A stretch of 64,000 bases of DNA from an uncultured Clostridia bacterium (GCA_944387555.1 CALXFH010000004.1:12483-76482), one strand, 5' to 3'. Numbered from the stretch's first letter, positions 10,026-19,187 are shown. The notes: a model not told the origin generated them from the sequence alone. Made by a program: numbers and translations.

Positions 10026-11204
10026 TTATCTTGTTTCTTCTGCTACATTATTATCAGCTTCTTGAATTAAATATACAAATTCTAATGATTCATCTTCTTT
10101 ATCTGTTTTTTCTACCCCTAAAGTTTCTTTATCTATTAAATATGCTTGCTCTCCTTCAGTAGAAATATCTTGTCCCCAACTCATTACAGCTTGCACTTTA
10201 CCATTTCCTAAATCAATGAAATTCATAAAACTATTTTCTTGCTCTTTCATTATTGTTTTTGTATTTCCATTTTCCATAACTTTTAATACATAATTTGGAT
10301 ATGGTTCTTCGCTTACCGCTGCACAATAATATAATTTACCATCTATATATGCACCAGACATGTAAAGGTCATCTATTTTTATTTTTTCTCCAGTATCTAC
10401 TTTATATATATAATAGTTACTTCTTCTATCATTCCCCTTACCTTCTTCTTTAGCATATAATATAGCTTCGCTTGTACTTCCAGGGCAAAGGCTTACATTA
10501 TAATAATATGTTCCATTTCCATAAGGTGCTCTTGACTCACTATCAGCACTATCTATTGTTTTTATTTCTCCAGTTTTTATATCATATTCTTTTAAATAAT
10601 TTTGTGGCGACCTTTCTGTGTAATATATTTTTCCATTTTTCTTATTTACATACATTCCAAATATTTCTTCTGCATCCACTACATTTTCAGTTTCTCCTGT
10701 TTCTAAATCATAAGAAACTAAATTTTCTTGGTCTGCATCAAAATATATTTTTCCATCATATACTCCCATATTTTTATAATGATTAGGATTTTCTAAATTA
10801 TAAGAAAAGATTTTGTTCAATTCATAATTTCCATTTCCTTTAGTTAAATCAATTTCATAGAAATCTTTTTCTTTTTGTAAATATATTTTTCCACCAGAAT
10901 AATCTAATGTTTCATATTCTGTTGTTCCGAAATTTGTTATATCAAATATTGTTCCATCTTCTTTTAATGCAACAATTTTATATTTACCATCTTCTATTTG
11001 CTGTGCAAATCCACATACATCTTCTAATTCATCATTTAATTTTACTGTTTCTCCTTCTTGTGAAGTATTTTCTTCATTTTGAGGTTCTTGTGAAGTTTGG
11101 CTATTATTACTTCCACAACCTGTTAAAGCAAATACCATAACAAATAATAATAATATAATTCCTATTCTTAAAATGATATTTTTCAATCTTTTTTCCCCTT
11201 TCAT
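10026..11204 (-). CDS. Lipoprotein with a predicted beta-propeller (DUF5050-like); paralogue of 14960-16582
   Basis: 392 aa. Lipobox ALTGCGS and repeated GKIYY/GKLYY blades. A clear paralogous stretch, LDYSGGKIYLQKEKDFYEIDLTKGNGNYELNKIF, matches LDYSFGKLYLQKGTEFFSIDLTKGDGNYQLESIY in the 540-aa protein. Confidence 0.65.
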   Translation of the reverse strand: MKGEKRLKNIILRIGIILLLFVMVFALTGCGSNNSQTSQEPQNEENTSQEGETVKLNDELEDVCGFAQQIEDGKYKIVALKEDGTIFDITNFGTTEYETLDYSGGKIYLQKEKDFYEIDLTKGNGNYELNKIFSYNLENPNHYKNMGVYDGKIYFDADQENLVSYDLETGETENVVDAEEIFGMYVNKKNGKIYYTERSPQNYLKEYDIKTGEIKTIDSADSESRAPYGNGTYYYNVSLCPGSTSEAILYAKEEGKGNDRRSNYYIYKVDTGEKIKIDDLYMSGAYIDGKLYYCAAVSEEPYPNYVLKVMENGNTKTIMKEQENSFMNFIDLGNGKVQAVMSWGQDISTEGEQAYLIDKETLGVEKTDKEDESLEFVYLIQEADNNVAEETR

Positions 11205-11591
11205 CTAATTTGCATACATATCTGATAAGTCTCTAAACATTGTATCAAAGTAAGTATTATTTCTATCTCCATCTACATTTACTGCATATCTCGCTAAATT
11301 TCCATTTGAATAAACTTTATAAATTATTTCTACATATTTCCCTGTAGATTTTTCTACTCCAGATATCATTACAAAATCCTGTCCATCTTCTGTGTATTCT
11401 GTCCATTTTACTCCACTCATTACTGCTTTAGTTGCTTGATCCCAACTGTATCCAGTTTCATCTCCCCAAAATACAAATTCTGATTGTTTTAATTCTTTTA
11501 TAAGTGGTGTATCTCCACATCCTGTAAGCAAAACTAACATTATTACTCCTAATACTACTAAACTTACTACTTTTAATACTTTCTTTTCCAT
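11205..11591 (-). CDS. Small putative lipoprotein
   Basis: 128 aa. Lipobox LLTGCGD. Its stop abuts the start of 10026-11204. Confidence 0.55.
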   Translation of the reverse strand: MEKKVLKVVSLVVLGVIMLVLLTGCGDTPLIKELKQSEFVFWGDETGYSWDQATKAVMSGVKWTEYTEDGQDFVMISGVEKSTGKYVEIIYKVYSNGNLARYAVNVDGDRNNTYFDTMFRDLSDMYAN

Positions 11592-11646
11592 ATTTGTTCC
11601 CCTTTCTTTTACTTATATTTTCATTTATATTTAAACATTAAAAACT

Positions 11647-12741
11647 TTATTTATTTTTATATTCTTCTACTGCTGTTTCAAATATATTTGTTTTTTGCTC
11701 ATCTGTATAATCTTCCATTAATGTATATGTTTTTAAAACCTCTGGCTCTATATTGCTATTATCAAAATATTCATTCAAAAGTTTGTTATATTCCTGTTCT
11801 GTCATTGTTTGATCATTTGCTCCTGCCTTATCTTCTAACCAAATACTATGTTTACCTTTAACTGTTGCTATTGTTTTTCCTTGTAAATTTTCTATTATTT
11901 TAAAATAATTATAATCAGGTTCTACACTATCCTTATCATAATGAACCACTAATTTTTCATCAGGTATTTTTACAAATTTTTCTCCTTGTCTTATTGCTAT
12001 TGTTGTTTTTTCTACTACTTTTCCATTTTCTATTGTATATACATGTGTATACATGTCTCCTGCATTAACAAAATCTTCTGCATCGTAATATAGTAATTCT
12101 GGAACATCATCAAAATTTAAATCTATTAATGCTATAAATGGTCCTATTAATGGGTCATCTTCAATTGCTCCTTCATCTTCTTTTAAATCATTTTTAACAA
12201 AATCTAAATAAAGTTGTTCCCAATCGGTACTATCTCCATATTCTTGTGAAAGCTTATATGTTTCTCCTTGATATAATGTTTTATCAAATGTCATTCCAAA
12301 ACCAATATTATCTTTTAATGAACCATCTTCTAATATTTCAAATTCTAATTCATCATTTATATCTTTTGTTGTCATATCAGCTGTATTTTGGTCAAAATAT
12401 TCTACTTCATTATATGTTCCTATTAATTTATTATCTTTTATTTCAAATGTTCCCTTTTGTGTAATTTGTGCAAAACCATCTACTAATGTTATGTTATTAT
12501 CGTTAATTTCTAAATATATATCTTCATCTGGTAATTCTTCATCTTGATTTTCTACTACCATATCATATTTCCCATTTTTTATAGGACTTTCTTCTACTAC
12601 TTCATTTTCTACAGTGTTATTTTGTGTATTTTCTTCAACTACTTGTTCTTCAGTTTTTTGTCCACATCCTGTAAGCACTAGTAATGTAGCAAATAAAACC
12701 AAAGTTAAAACCAAATTAAATAACTTTTCTTTTTTAATCAT
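11647..12741 (-). CDS. Putative lipoprotein with an N-terminal lipocalin-like module
   Basis: 364 aa. Lipobox LVLTGCGQ. The module NGKYDMV...ITLVDGFAQITQKGTFEIKDNKLIGTY resembles modules in the 271-aa and 540-aa lipoproteins. Confidence 0.55.
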   Translation of the reverse strand: MIKKEKLFNLVLTLVLFATLLVLTGCGQKTEEQVVEENTQNNTVENEVVEESPIKNGKYDMVVENQDEELPDEDIYLEINDNNITLVDGFAQITQKGTFEIKDNKLIGTYNEVEYFDQNTADMTTKDINDELEFEILEDGSLKDNIGFGMTFDKTLYQGETYKLSQEYGDSTDWEQLYLDFVKNDLKEDEGAIEDDPLIGPFIALIDLNFDDVPELLYYDAEDFVNAGDMYTHVYTIENGKVVEKTTIAIRQGEKFVKIPDEKLVVHYDKDSVEPDYNYFKIIENLQGKTIATVKGKHSIWLEDKAGANDQTMTEQEYNKLLNEYFDNSNIEPEVLKTYTLMEDYTDEQKTNIFETAVEEYKNK

Positions 12742-12778
12742 TTCTACATTCCCCTTTACATTTTTTTAATATTTCTTG

Positions 12779-14146
12779 TTAATCTCCTAATACTGAACTT
12801 CCAGATACTAGTGTTGTTTTTCCAGTATCGAAATTATATACATAGCCATCTCTTATATCTAAATATGTAAATTCTTTTTTATCTGTGTTATATACAGAAT
12901 GTGTTCTTTTATCATAAAAACTAATATCTCCTGTTGTATCATTAAAAATATATCCAGAGCCTGAATCCACATATGTTTCATTTCCATTTTCATCTATAAA
13001 ACAACCTATTCTATCATCTATGAAACCTGATGCACCACTAGTTGCTGCAACTGCTTTTAACATTTCTCTATTTTTTTCTCTTCTTATTTCTTCTTGTATT
13101 TTTGCTTCTTGTTTTGCTCTATACATTTCAGTTGTTGTTGTTTCTGGTAAATATGCATCTACGCTCGTATTAGTGTCATACACAGCTGCTGCACCTTGAT
13201 TTTTATTTAATTTACTAATAAAAGCTCTTGCATCTTCAATTCCTAATTCTAATGCTTTTTCTAAGTTTCTCCTTGCGGTTATTGTATTTTTTGTAACAAT
13301 CTTTCCTTCCATATATGCTATTCCAAGTAAAAAATATGCATTTGGACTTCCTAGTTTCGCTGCTCTTTCATAACAATCAATTGCTTTTTTCGGATTTCTT
13401 ATATTATCGCTTCCATTTTCTAAAATATATCCTTCCATTGTCAAACACTCTGCTATATCACACTCGCCACCTTTTGAATACCATTCTAAAGCTTTTTTCT
13501 CATCATTTAAAACATTGTTATCTGGTAAATACAAATTTCCTATACAGATAGCTACAATTCTTTTTCCATGTTCAAAAGCTTTTTCATACCAAGAAATGGC
13601 TTTTTGGTAATTTTTTTCTACATATTGTCCATTTAAATACATTTGAGCAATAGCATCTTCTGAGTCTGCATAGCCTACTTTTGTTCCCATCTCAAAATAT
13701 TCAAAAGCTTTTCCGAAGTCTTGTTTTACATCTTTTCCATAATAATATATAGCTCCTATACTTTGATATGCAATTCCACTTTTATATAGTTTAATTGCTT
13801 TTTCAAAACATTCAATTGCTTTTTCTATATTTTTACTAATGCCTAATATTCCTAATTGATAAATTGCTCCTAAATCAATTAATGCCATTTCTTTTTTCTC
13901 TTCTGCAAGCTTTTTACATTTATTAAATGCTTCACTGTAATATTCTTCTTTTCTTAGCGCTAGTATAACTCTAATTAAATTATGACAAGAAATTTCATTT
14001 TCATTTGAGAATTCTAATAATTCTTCTATCCCTTCTTTGGTTTTTCCTTCATATTTTACTTTATTTATTGCTAAAGCTATTTTTGCATTTAAATCACCTT
14101 TTTTTGCTTTTTCTTTTATAGCTTTAATCATTTCATTTTCTTCCAT
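12779..14146 (-). CDS. Sel1-repeat (SLR/TPR-like) protein, no signal peptide
   Basis: 455 aa. Multiple Sel1-type repeats (e.g. AIAQMYLNGQYVEKNYQKAISWYEKAFEHG; AYFLLGIAYMEGKIVTKNTITARRNLEKALELG) followed by a beta-rich tail. Confidence 0.75.
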   Translation of the reverse strand: MEENEMIKAIKEKAKKGDLNAKIALAINKVKYEGKTKEGIEELLEFSNENEISCHNLIRVILALRKEEYYSEAFNKCKKLAEEKKEMALIDLGAIYQLGILGISKNIEKAIECFEKAIKLYKSGIAYQSIGAIYYYGKDVKQDFGKAFEYFEMGTKVGYADSEDAIAQMYLNGQYVEKNYQKAISWYEKAFEHGKRIVAICIGNLYLPDNNVLNDEKKALEWYSKGGECDIAECLTMEGYILENGSDNIRNPKKAIDCYERAAKLGSPNAYFLLGIAYMEGKIVTKNTITARRNLEKALELGIEDARAFISKLNKNQGAAAVYDTNTSVDAYLPETTTTEMYRAKQEAKIQEEIRREKNREMLKAVAATSGASGFIDDRIGCFIDENGNETYVDSGSGYIFNDTTGDISFYDKRTHSVYNTDKKEFTYLDIRDGYVYNFDTGKTTLVSGSSVLGD

Positions 14147-14155
14147 ATCAAACTC

Positions 14156-14941
14156 CTATAATACTGGTTGATCATTTACAAATTTGCCAGCATAACATTT
14201 TCCATTTTCTAATCTTAAAACACCATCTACTCTAAATCCATTTTCCCAGTCTCCAACATATGCTCCATCTTTATATAATTGAAAACCTAATCCATGTTTT
14301 ACTCCTGCTTGTTGTTCACCAGCATAGCATGCTCCATCCGTATATATTACAACTCCCGTTCCTGTCATTCTATGTAAATCATCAAACTCACCTAAATATC
14401 TTAAGCCATTTTGCCAAATGTATATGCCTCTTTTTAAAGCTCCATTTTGAACATATCCTTCAAAATAGTCTCCATTCTCATAGAAAATTCGTCCATTTCC
14501 ACAATGTGCATCTCCGCCTGTGCCATCTTTAAATATAATATCTCCAATATTTCCTTTTGCTGGCACAAAGTTTTTAACAAAATTTATATATTTCCATGAA
14601 GCTTTTTCATATAATTTTATTGTTTCAGACACATCTTTAACTATATCTCCTGTATATTTATAATTTGCTGCTCCTGTTATAATATTTCCTACACCTTCAG
14701 TTGCCATATGTGCTCCATACCAGCCTCCGCCACTTACTGCTCCAAGAAGTCCAAAACTAGCTTTTACTATTCCTTTAGCTATTCCACCTTTTCCCATCTT
14801 TTTACCACCTTGTGGGCTTGAATATTTGCTATATTGAACTTCTGTTTCTTTTATATTATCAAGTGGTTTTTCAAAATTAACAAAATCTAATTCTTTTACC
14901 ACTCCATGTTCTTGTCTATATATCTCATCTTCTTGATCCAT
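14156..14941 (-). CDS. MORN-repeat protein, no signal peptide
   Basis: 261 aa. Gly-rich segment GKGGIAKGIVKASFGLLGAVSGGGWYG followed by MORN-like repeats (YENGDYFEGYVQNGALKRGIYIWQNGLRYLGEF; GACYAGEQQAGVKHGLGFQLYKDGAYVGDWENG). Confidence 0.7.
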   Translation of the reverse strand: MDQEDEIYRQEHGVVKELDFVNFEKPLDNIKETEVQYSKYSSPQGGKKMGKGGIAKGIVKASFGLLGAVSGGGWYGAHMATEGVGNIITGAANYKYTGDIVKDVSETIKLYEKASWKYINFVKNFVPAKGNIGDIIFKDGTGGDAHCGNGRIFYENGDYFEGYVQNGALKRGIYIWQNGLRYLGEFDDLHRMTGTGVVIYTDGACYAGEQQAGVKHGLGFQLYKDGAYVGDWENGFRVDGVLRLENGKCYAGKFVNDQPVL

Positions 14942-14959
14942 AATAAATATATCCCCTTT

Positions 14960-16582
14960 TTAATTATCTTTCTTTTCTATTTTTATATTTACTGTTAATT
15001 CTTCTTTAGTATTTGTAGTTGTTTGCTTTGTTGGTAAAAGCAATACTATTTTTCCTTCTTCTTCACTTATTGTAAGTTCATTTGCTATTGTATCTATTGG
15101 ATTTTTATCTGTTCTTTGGTTATTTAATAATTTTACTTTATTTCCTTCTATTTCATAATTTCCTGCTTGATTATACTCAAATGACATTCCCATACTATAA
15201 GTTCCATCTTCATTAAATATAACACTATTATTATCATTTAATTGTGAACCTAATACAAATGAAATTCCAAATTCTAAACTATCTGTAGTTGTTGCTCTCC
15301 ATTCTCCTACTAAATCTTCTTTTTTTATTGCTCCTTCTTCATTTCCTTCTGTTTTATTTTCCGTATGCGTATCTGATCCTTCTACAATATAAGACATATT
15401 TCTATACGTTACATTTGTTTTATTTCTTTCAAATGTATCTTTATTTATTAAATAAGTATCTACATATGAATCATAAGCATCATAATTATTCCCATCTATT
15501 TCTGCTTGTATATCTCCATTTGCTAAAACATATATTTCGTCTATATTGCTATCTGGAGTAGGTTCAATTATTTCTTTTGTCTCACCATTTTCATATACTT
15601 TTAAAGAGCTTTCAGTAGAAGATGGTCCTAAATCCTTATGTGTTGCATAATATAATTTTCCATTATCATAAAAGCTTATACTTCCTTCTCCATATTCATC
15701 CATGTCTTCATCTATTTTTGTTTCTTCCCCAGTTGTAACATTATATTCATATCCTGTTGTTTTACTTGTTATTTCATATCCACTTGCTTCATCTACGCCA
15801 TAATTTCCTTGTACTCTTTCATAATATATAAAACCATTATCTGTCACAGGTCCCATATAAAATCTTTTTCCTGCTTCTGTATTATTATCTGTGCCTTTTT
15901 TATATTCTGCTTTTTTTAATTCTGTTTTTTCACCAGTTGCTATATTATATGTTCCTAAAACTCCTCCCCAATCTTGTCTAAAAATTTTAACTGGTGATTT
16001 TGTATAATAAATATATCCTCTTTTTTTATCAACTACAAATCTTCCATCTATATCTCCATTATATTCAATCTCTTTTGTTTGTTTTGTTTCTAAATCATAT
16101 CCTTCTATTAATTGATTTCCTCTATTATAATAAAGTATTCCATCATATACATACATGATTTTTGGTGTCCAGTCTGGCTCTGATGATACTTTATATATAC
16201 TTTCTAGTTGATAGTTTCCATCACCTTTAGTTAAATCTATAGAAAAGAACTCTGTTCCTTTTTGTAAATATAATTTTCCAAAGCTATAATCTAAGGCTTC
16301 ATATTCTACTTGCTTTCCCTCTTCTAAGTTATGCTCTACTAAAGTTACTTCACTTCCGTCTTTTTTTAAGGCTACTGTACTTGCTTTTCCTTCTTCTGTT
16401 CTATTTGCAAAAGCATATACTCCTTCTAATTCTGGATTCAACTCTACACTTAACACATTTTCCTCTTTATTTTGTTCTTCTACAGTTGTGTTATTTTCAT
16501 TATTATTTCCACATCCTACTAAAGTAAATACCATAATTGTAAACATTATGACTAAAAATATTATTTTCGCTTTTTTCACCAT
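14960..16582 (-). CDS. Lipoprotein with a DUF5050-like propeller and a C-terminal lipocalin-like module; paralogue of 10026-11204
   Basis: 540 aa. Lipobox TLVGCGN. Paralogy is described under 10026-11204. C-terminal module: LVGEWRATTTD...FNEDGTYSM...GNYEIEGNKVKLL. Confidence 0.65.
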   Translation of the reverse strand: MVKKAKIIFLVIMFTIMVFTLVGCGNNNENNTTVEEQNKEENVLSVELNPELEGVYAFANRTEEGKASTVALKKDGSEVTLVEHNLEEGKQVEYEALDYSFGKLYLQKGTEFFSIDLTKGDGNYQLESIYKVSSEPDWTPKIMYVYDGILYYNRGNQLIEGYDLETKQTKEIEYNGDIDGRFVVDKKRGYIYYTKSPVKIFRQDWGGVLGTYNIATGEKTELKKAEYKKGTDNNTEAGKRFYMGPVTDNGFIYYERVQGNYGVDEASGYEITSKTTGYEYNVTTGEETKIDEDMDEYGEGSISFYDNGKLYYATHKDLGPSSTESSLKVYENGETKEIIEPTPDSNIDEIYVLANGDIQAEIDGNNYDAYDSYVDTYLINKDTFERNKTNVTYRNMSYIVEGSDTHTENKTEGNEEGAIKKEDLVGEWRATTTDSLEFGISFVLGSQLNDNNSVIFNEDGTYSMGMSFEYNQAGNYEIEGNKVKLLNNQRTDKNPIDTIANELTISEEEGKIVLLLPTKQTTTNTKEELTVNIKIEKKDN

Positions 16583-16605
16583 TTAAATTTTCCTCCCCTT
16601 ATTTT

Positions 16606-16653
16606 AAAAAATAAAAAAACTTAAAATTATGATTTTACTCATATTTTAAGTTC
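16606..16653 (-). terminator. Intrinsic terminator-like hairpin placed directly in front of the RBS of 14960-16582
   Basis: Minus strand: ACTTAAAAT-(14 nt)-ATTTTAAGT followed by TTTTTTTATTTTTT, then immediately AAGGGGAGGAAAATTTAAATG. The stem is AT-rich. Confidence 0.45.
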
Positions 16654-16778
16654 TATTTTTAGGCATAATAAGACTGTTGTTATTTCTAACAACAAAATTA
16701 AAAACATAAGCACATGTAATTGCAGTGTCTTTAATATTTTTCATATTTATACCAACTTTCCCCTTTATTTCCATTACT

Positions 16779-16807
16779 ATTATAACAAATAAATTTTATT
16801 TTGTGAA
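16779..16807 (-). promoter_or_regulatory. Sigma-A type promoter, copy A of a duplicated promoter module
   Basis: Minus strand TTCACA - 17 nt - TATAAT with an extended TGt. About 33 of 37 nt are identical to the module at 17702-17736. Confidence 0.5.
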
Positions 16808-16844
16808 CATTTTATGATAAATTTGTCATTTTTTATCGTTTTTA

Positions 16845-17660
16845 CTAATCATTTTCTATTACAACTTTTGATACCATTTCATTTTCATACTCTAAAGTAA
16901 CATTATATGTCATACCACTAGCAATTTGTGAACTTAAATTACTAATATCTGTTGCTGAAGAATATTCTTTTCCATTGTATTCTACTGTAACTGTATTTTC
17001 TGTATCAGATGCATTACTACTATTTATTGCTGTTAGCAATGTTCTTACTTTAACTCCTGATTGTTCTCCTTCATATTGCTCAAATTTTGCATTAAAAGTA
17101 TCTGTTTGTGCTTTCTCTAAAGCACTTAATGTATTATTTGCGTTTGTATTTGCACTTGTATTATCTGTATTTTCTACATCTTCTACATAGTCAAAATTAA
17201 GGCTTGCCTCTTCATCAGAAATATCTCCAGTTTGAGTAAATAACATATATTTATCCACTGGAATACTATCATCTGATGCAATTACTATTGAATCAAATTC
17301 TATTACCCATGCAGCATTTTTTCCTTCAGGATCTTCTATTTCTTCATTTTTAACTTCATAAGTTCCTGTTCCACTATTATTCTTATCATCTTTATATTCA
17401 AATGTTTTATCTGAATTTAATATAATTGTTGCTCCTTTTGCTAAATCTTTTCCTTCATATGTTCCATATTTTAAAATGTTGTTTCCTACTTCAATTCCAT
17501 CTTCTGCACTTGAAGTTTCTGTATTATTTTCAGTATTTGATGTATTTTCTGTAGTTTCCACGTTTTGATTTTCTTGTTTTTTACTTCCACATCCTGTTAA
17601 TAAAAATAATCCACTAATTAATAATATTATAACTAGTAAACTTAATATTTTATTTTTCAC
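16845..17660 (-). CDS. Putative lipoprotein with a lipocalin-like module
   Basis: 271 aa. GTG start after AGGGGGA. Lipobox LLTGCGS. Module KYGTYEGKD...NSDKTFEYKDDKNNSGTGTYEVKNEEI. Confidence 0.6.
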   Translation of the reverse strand: MKNKILSLLVIILLISGLFLLTGCGSKKQENQNVETTENTSNTENNTETSSAEDGIEVGNNILKYGTYEGKDLAKGATIILNSDKTFEYKDDKNNSGTGTYEVKNEEIEDPEGKNAAWVIEFDSIVIASDDSIPVDKYMLFTQTGDISDEEASLNFDYVEDVENTDNTSANTNANNTLSALEKAQTDTFNAKFEQYEGEQSGVKVRTLLTAINSSNASDTENTVTVEYNGKEYSSATDISNLSSQIASGMTYNVTLEYENEMVSKVVIEND

Positions 17661-17701
17661 TTTAAAATCCCCCTTATATTTTTGTTTTATTTTCTTTGCT
17701 A

Positions 17702-17730
17702 ATTATACCAAACATATTTTATTTTTTGAA
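17702..17730 (-). promoter_or_regulatory. Sigma-A type promoter, copy B of the duplicated promoter module
   Basis: Minus strand TTCAAA - 17 nt - TATAAT, about 40 nt upstream of the GTG of 16845-17660. Near-identical to 16779-16813. Confidence 0.5.
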
Positions 17731-17747
17731 CATTTTATAATAATTTT

Positions 17748-18257
17748 TTATTCAATTTTTTTATGTTTTTCCTCTTCTATTATTGATTTTATAAGCATTA
17801 TAAATAATAATATAATTCCTATAGTAACACTTATATCAGCAATATTAAAATTTGGAAAATCAAACAGATTTACATCTATAAAATCTATTACATAGCCTCT
17901 AAATATTCTATCTATTAAATTACCTATTCCTCCTACTAATATTAATACTAATGATATTAATATTTTAAAATTAACATCTTCTTTTCTTTCTTTTATAAAT
18001 TTTATTATAATTCCAAGTATTATAATATTTACTAATATTATAAAAAGTAAATTGTTTGAACCAATATTAAATGCAGCTCCTGTATTTTCTGTATATGTAA
18101 AACTTAAAAAACTTGGAATTATTGTAATATTTTTTTCTATAATTATAAATTTTGATATTTGGTCTAATAAAATTATAATAATTCCTATAATTATTAATAT
18201 TATTATTTTTTTATTTTTAATTTCTTTTTTTACACTTTCTTTAATTTTCTTTTCCAT
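17748..18257 (-). CDS. lspA: Lipoprotein signal peptidase (signal peptidase II)
   Basis: 169 aa. Motifs YTENTGAAFNIG and GGIGNLIDRIFRGYVIDFID. Four TM segments. Confidence 0.9.
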   Translation of the reverse strand: MEKKIKESVKKEIKNKKIIILIIIGIIIILLDQISKFIIIEKNITIIPSFLSFTYTENTGAAFNIGSNNLLFIILVNIIILGIIIKFIKERKEDVNFKILISLVLILVGGIGNLIDRIFRGYVIDFIDVNLFDFPNFNIADISVTIGIILLFIMLIKSIIEEEKHKKIE

Positions 18258-19062
18258 TTTGTTTTCCTTTTTTACTCACTTTTTGCACTTTTATTTTTTT
18301 ATAAACTAAAATTATAATACATATAACGCATAATACAATTGATAATATTTGTGATACTCTAAAGTTTCCTATCATTAAACTATCTGTTCTAAGTCCTTCT
18401 ACAATTGCTCTTTCTAATCCATATAGTGTTAAATATACACATACCATCTGTCCTTTATATTTTCTTTTATTCCTTAATAAATACAAAATTACAAATATTA
18501 TAAAGCAACTTATAGATTCATATAAAAAGGTTGGATGTACTTCAATATATTTTCCATTTTCAATTATTCCCATTCTAAAAATACTCGTTGTTTCTATTCC
18601 ATGAGCTTCCACATTAAAAAAATTTCCCCATCTTCCTATTGCTTGCCCTAAAGCTAGATATGGCACTATATAATCTAACATATCTAATATACTAATTTCC
18701 TTTACTTTACAATATATAGCAATTGTAATAACCGCTCCAATTATTCCTCCATATATTGCTAATCCTCCATCTCTAATATTTAGTATTTCTTTCGGATATT
18801 CTAGATAATAATTTAATTTAAATAATACAAAATATAATCTTGCACATATTATTGAAATCGGAATTACTATTATCAATACTTCTAATATATTATCAAAATC
18901 TATGTTATATTTCTTATCATCTTTTTTACAAAGAATTATTCCTATTCCAAATGCCAAAACTATTAATATAGCATACCAATAAATATCAATTCCGCCTATA
19001 CTAAATGCTACTCTATTTATATTAAGGTATAAATTTATTCCTGGAAATGTAACTTCATTCAT
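18241..19062 (-). CDS. lgt: Prolipoprotein diacylglyceryl transferase
   Basis: 273 aa. Motifs IYWYAILIVLAFGIG and GQAIGRWGNFFNVEAHG. Overlaps lspA by 17 nt. Confidence 0.9.
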   Translation of the reverse strand: MNEVTFPGINLYLNINRVAFSIGGIDIYWYAILIVLAFGIGIILCKKDDKKYNIDFDNILEVLIIVIPISIICARLYFVLFKLNYYLEYPKEILNIRDGGLAIYGGIIGAVITIAIYCKVKEISILDMLDYIVPYLALGQAIGRWGNFFNVEAHGIETTSIFRMGIIENGKYIEVHPTFLYESISCFIIFVILYLLRNKRKYKGQMVCVYLTLYGLERAIVEGLRTDSLMIGNFRVSQILSIVLCVICIIILVYKKIKVQKVSKKGKQNGKEN

Positions 19063-19127
19063 TTTCTTCTCCTACTTTTATTTTCTATTAGATATTATCA
19101 TAATAATTAGAAATTAACAATAGTAAA

Positions 19128-19148
19128 AGGCATCTATTTTAGATGCCT
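19128..19148 (-). terminator. Terminator-like hairpin after the DUF4143 ATPase gene
   Basis: Stem AGGCATCTA/TAGATGCCT (9 bp, 3-nt loop). Only a short TTTT follows on the minus strand. Confidence 0.45.
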
Positions 19149-19187
19149 CTATTATAATTTTTGCTATAAATATTAGGAAATACTTTT

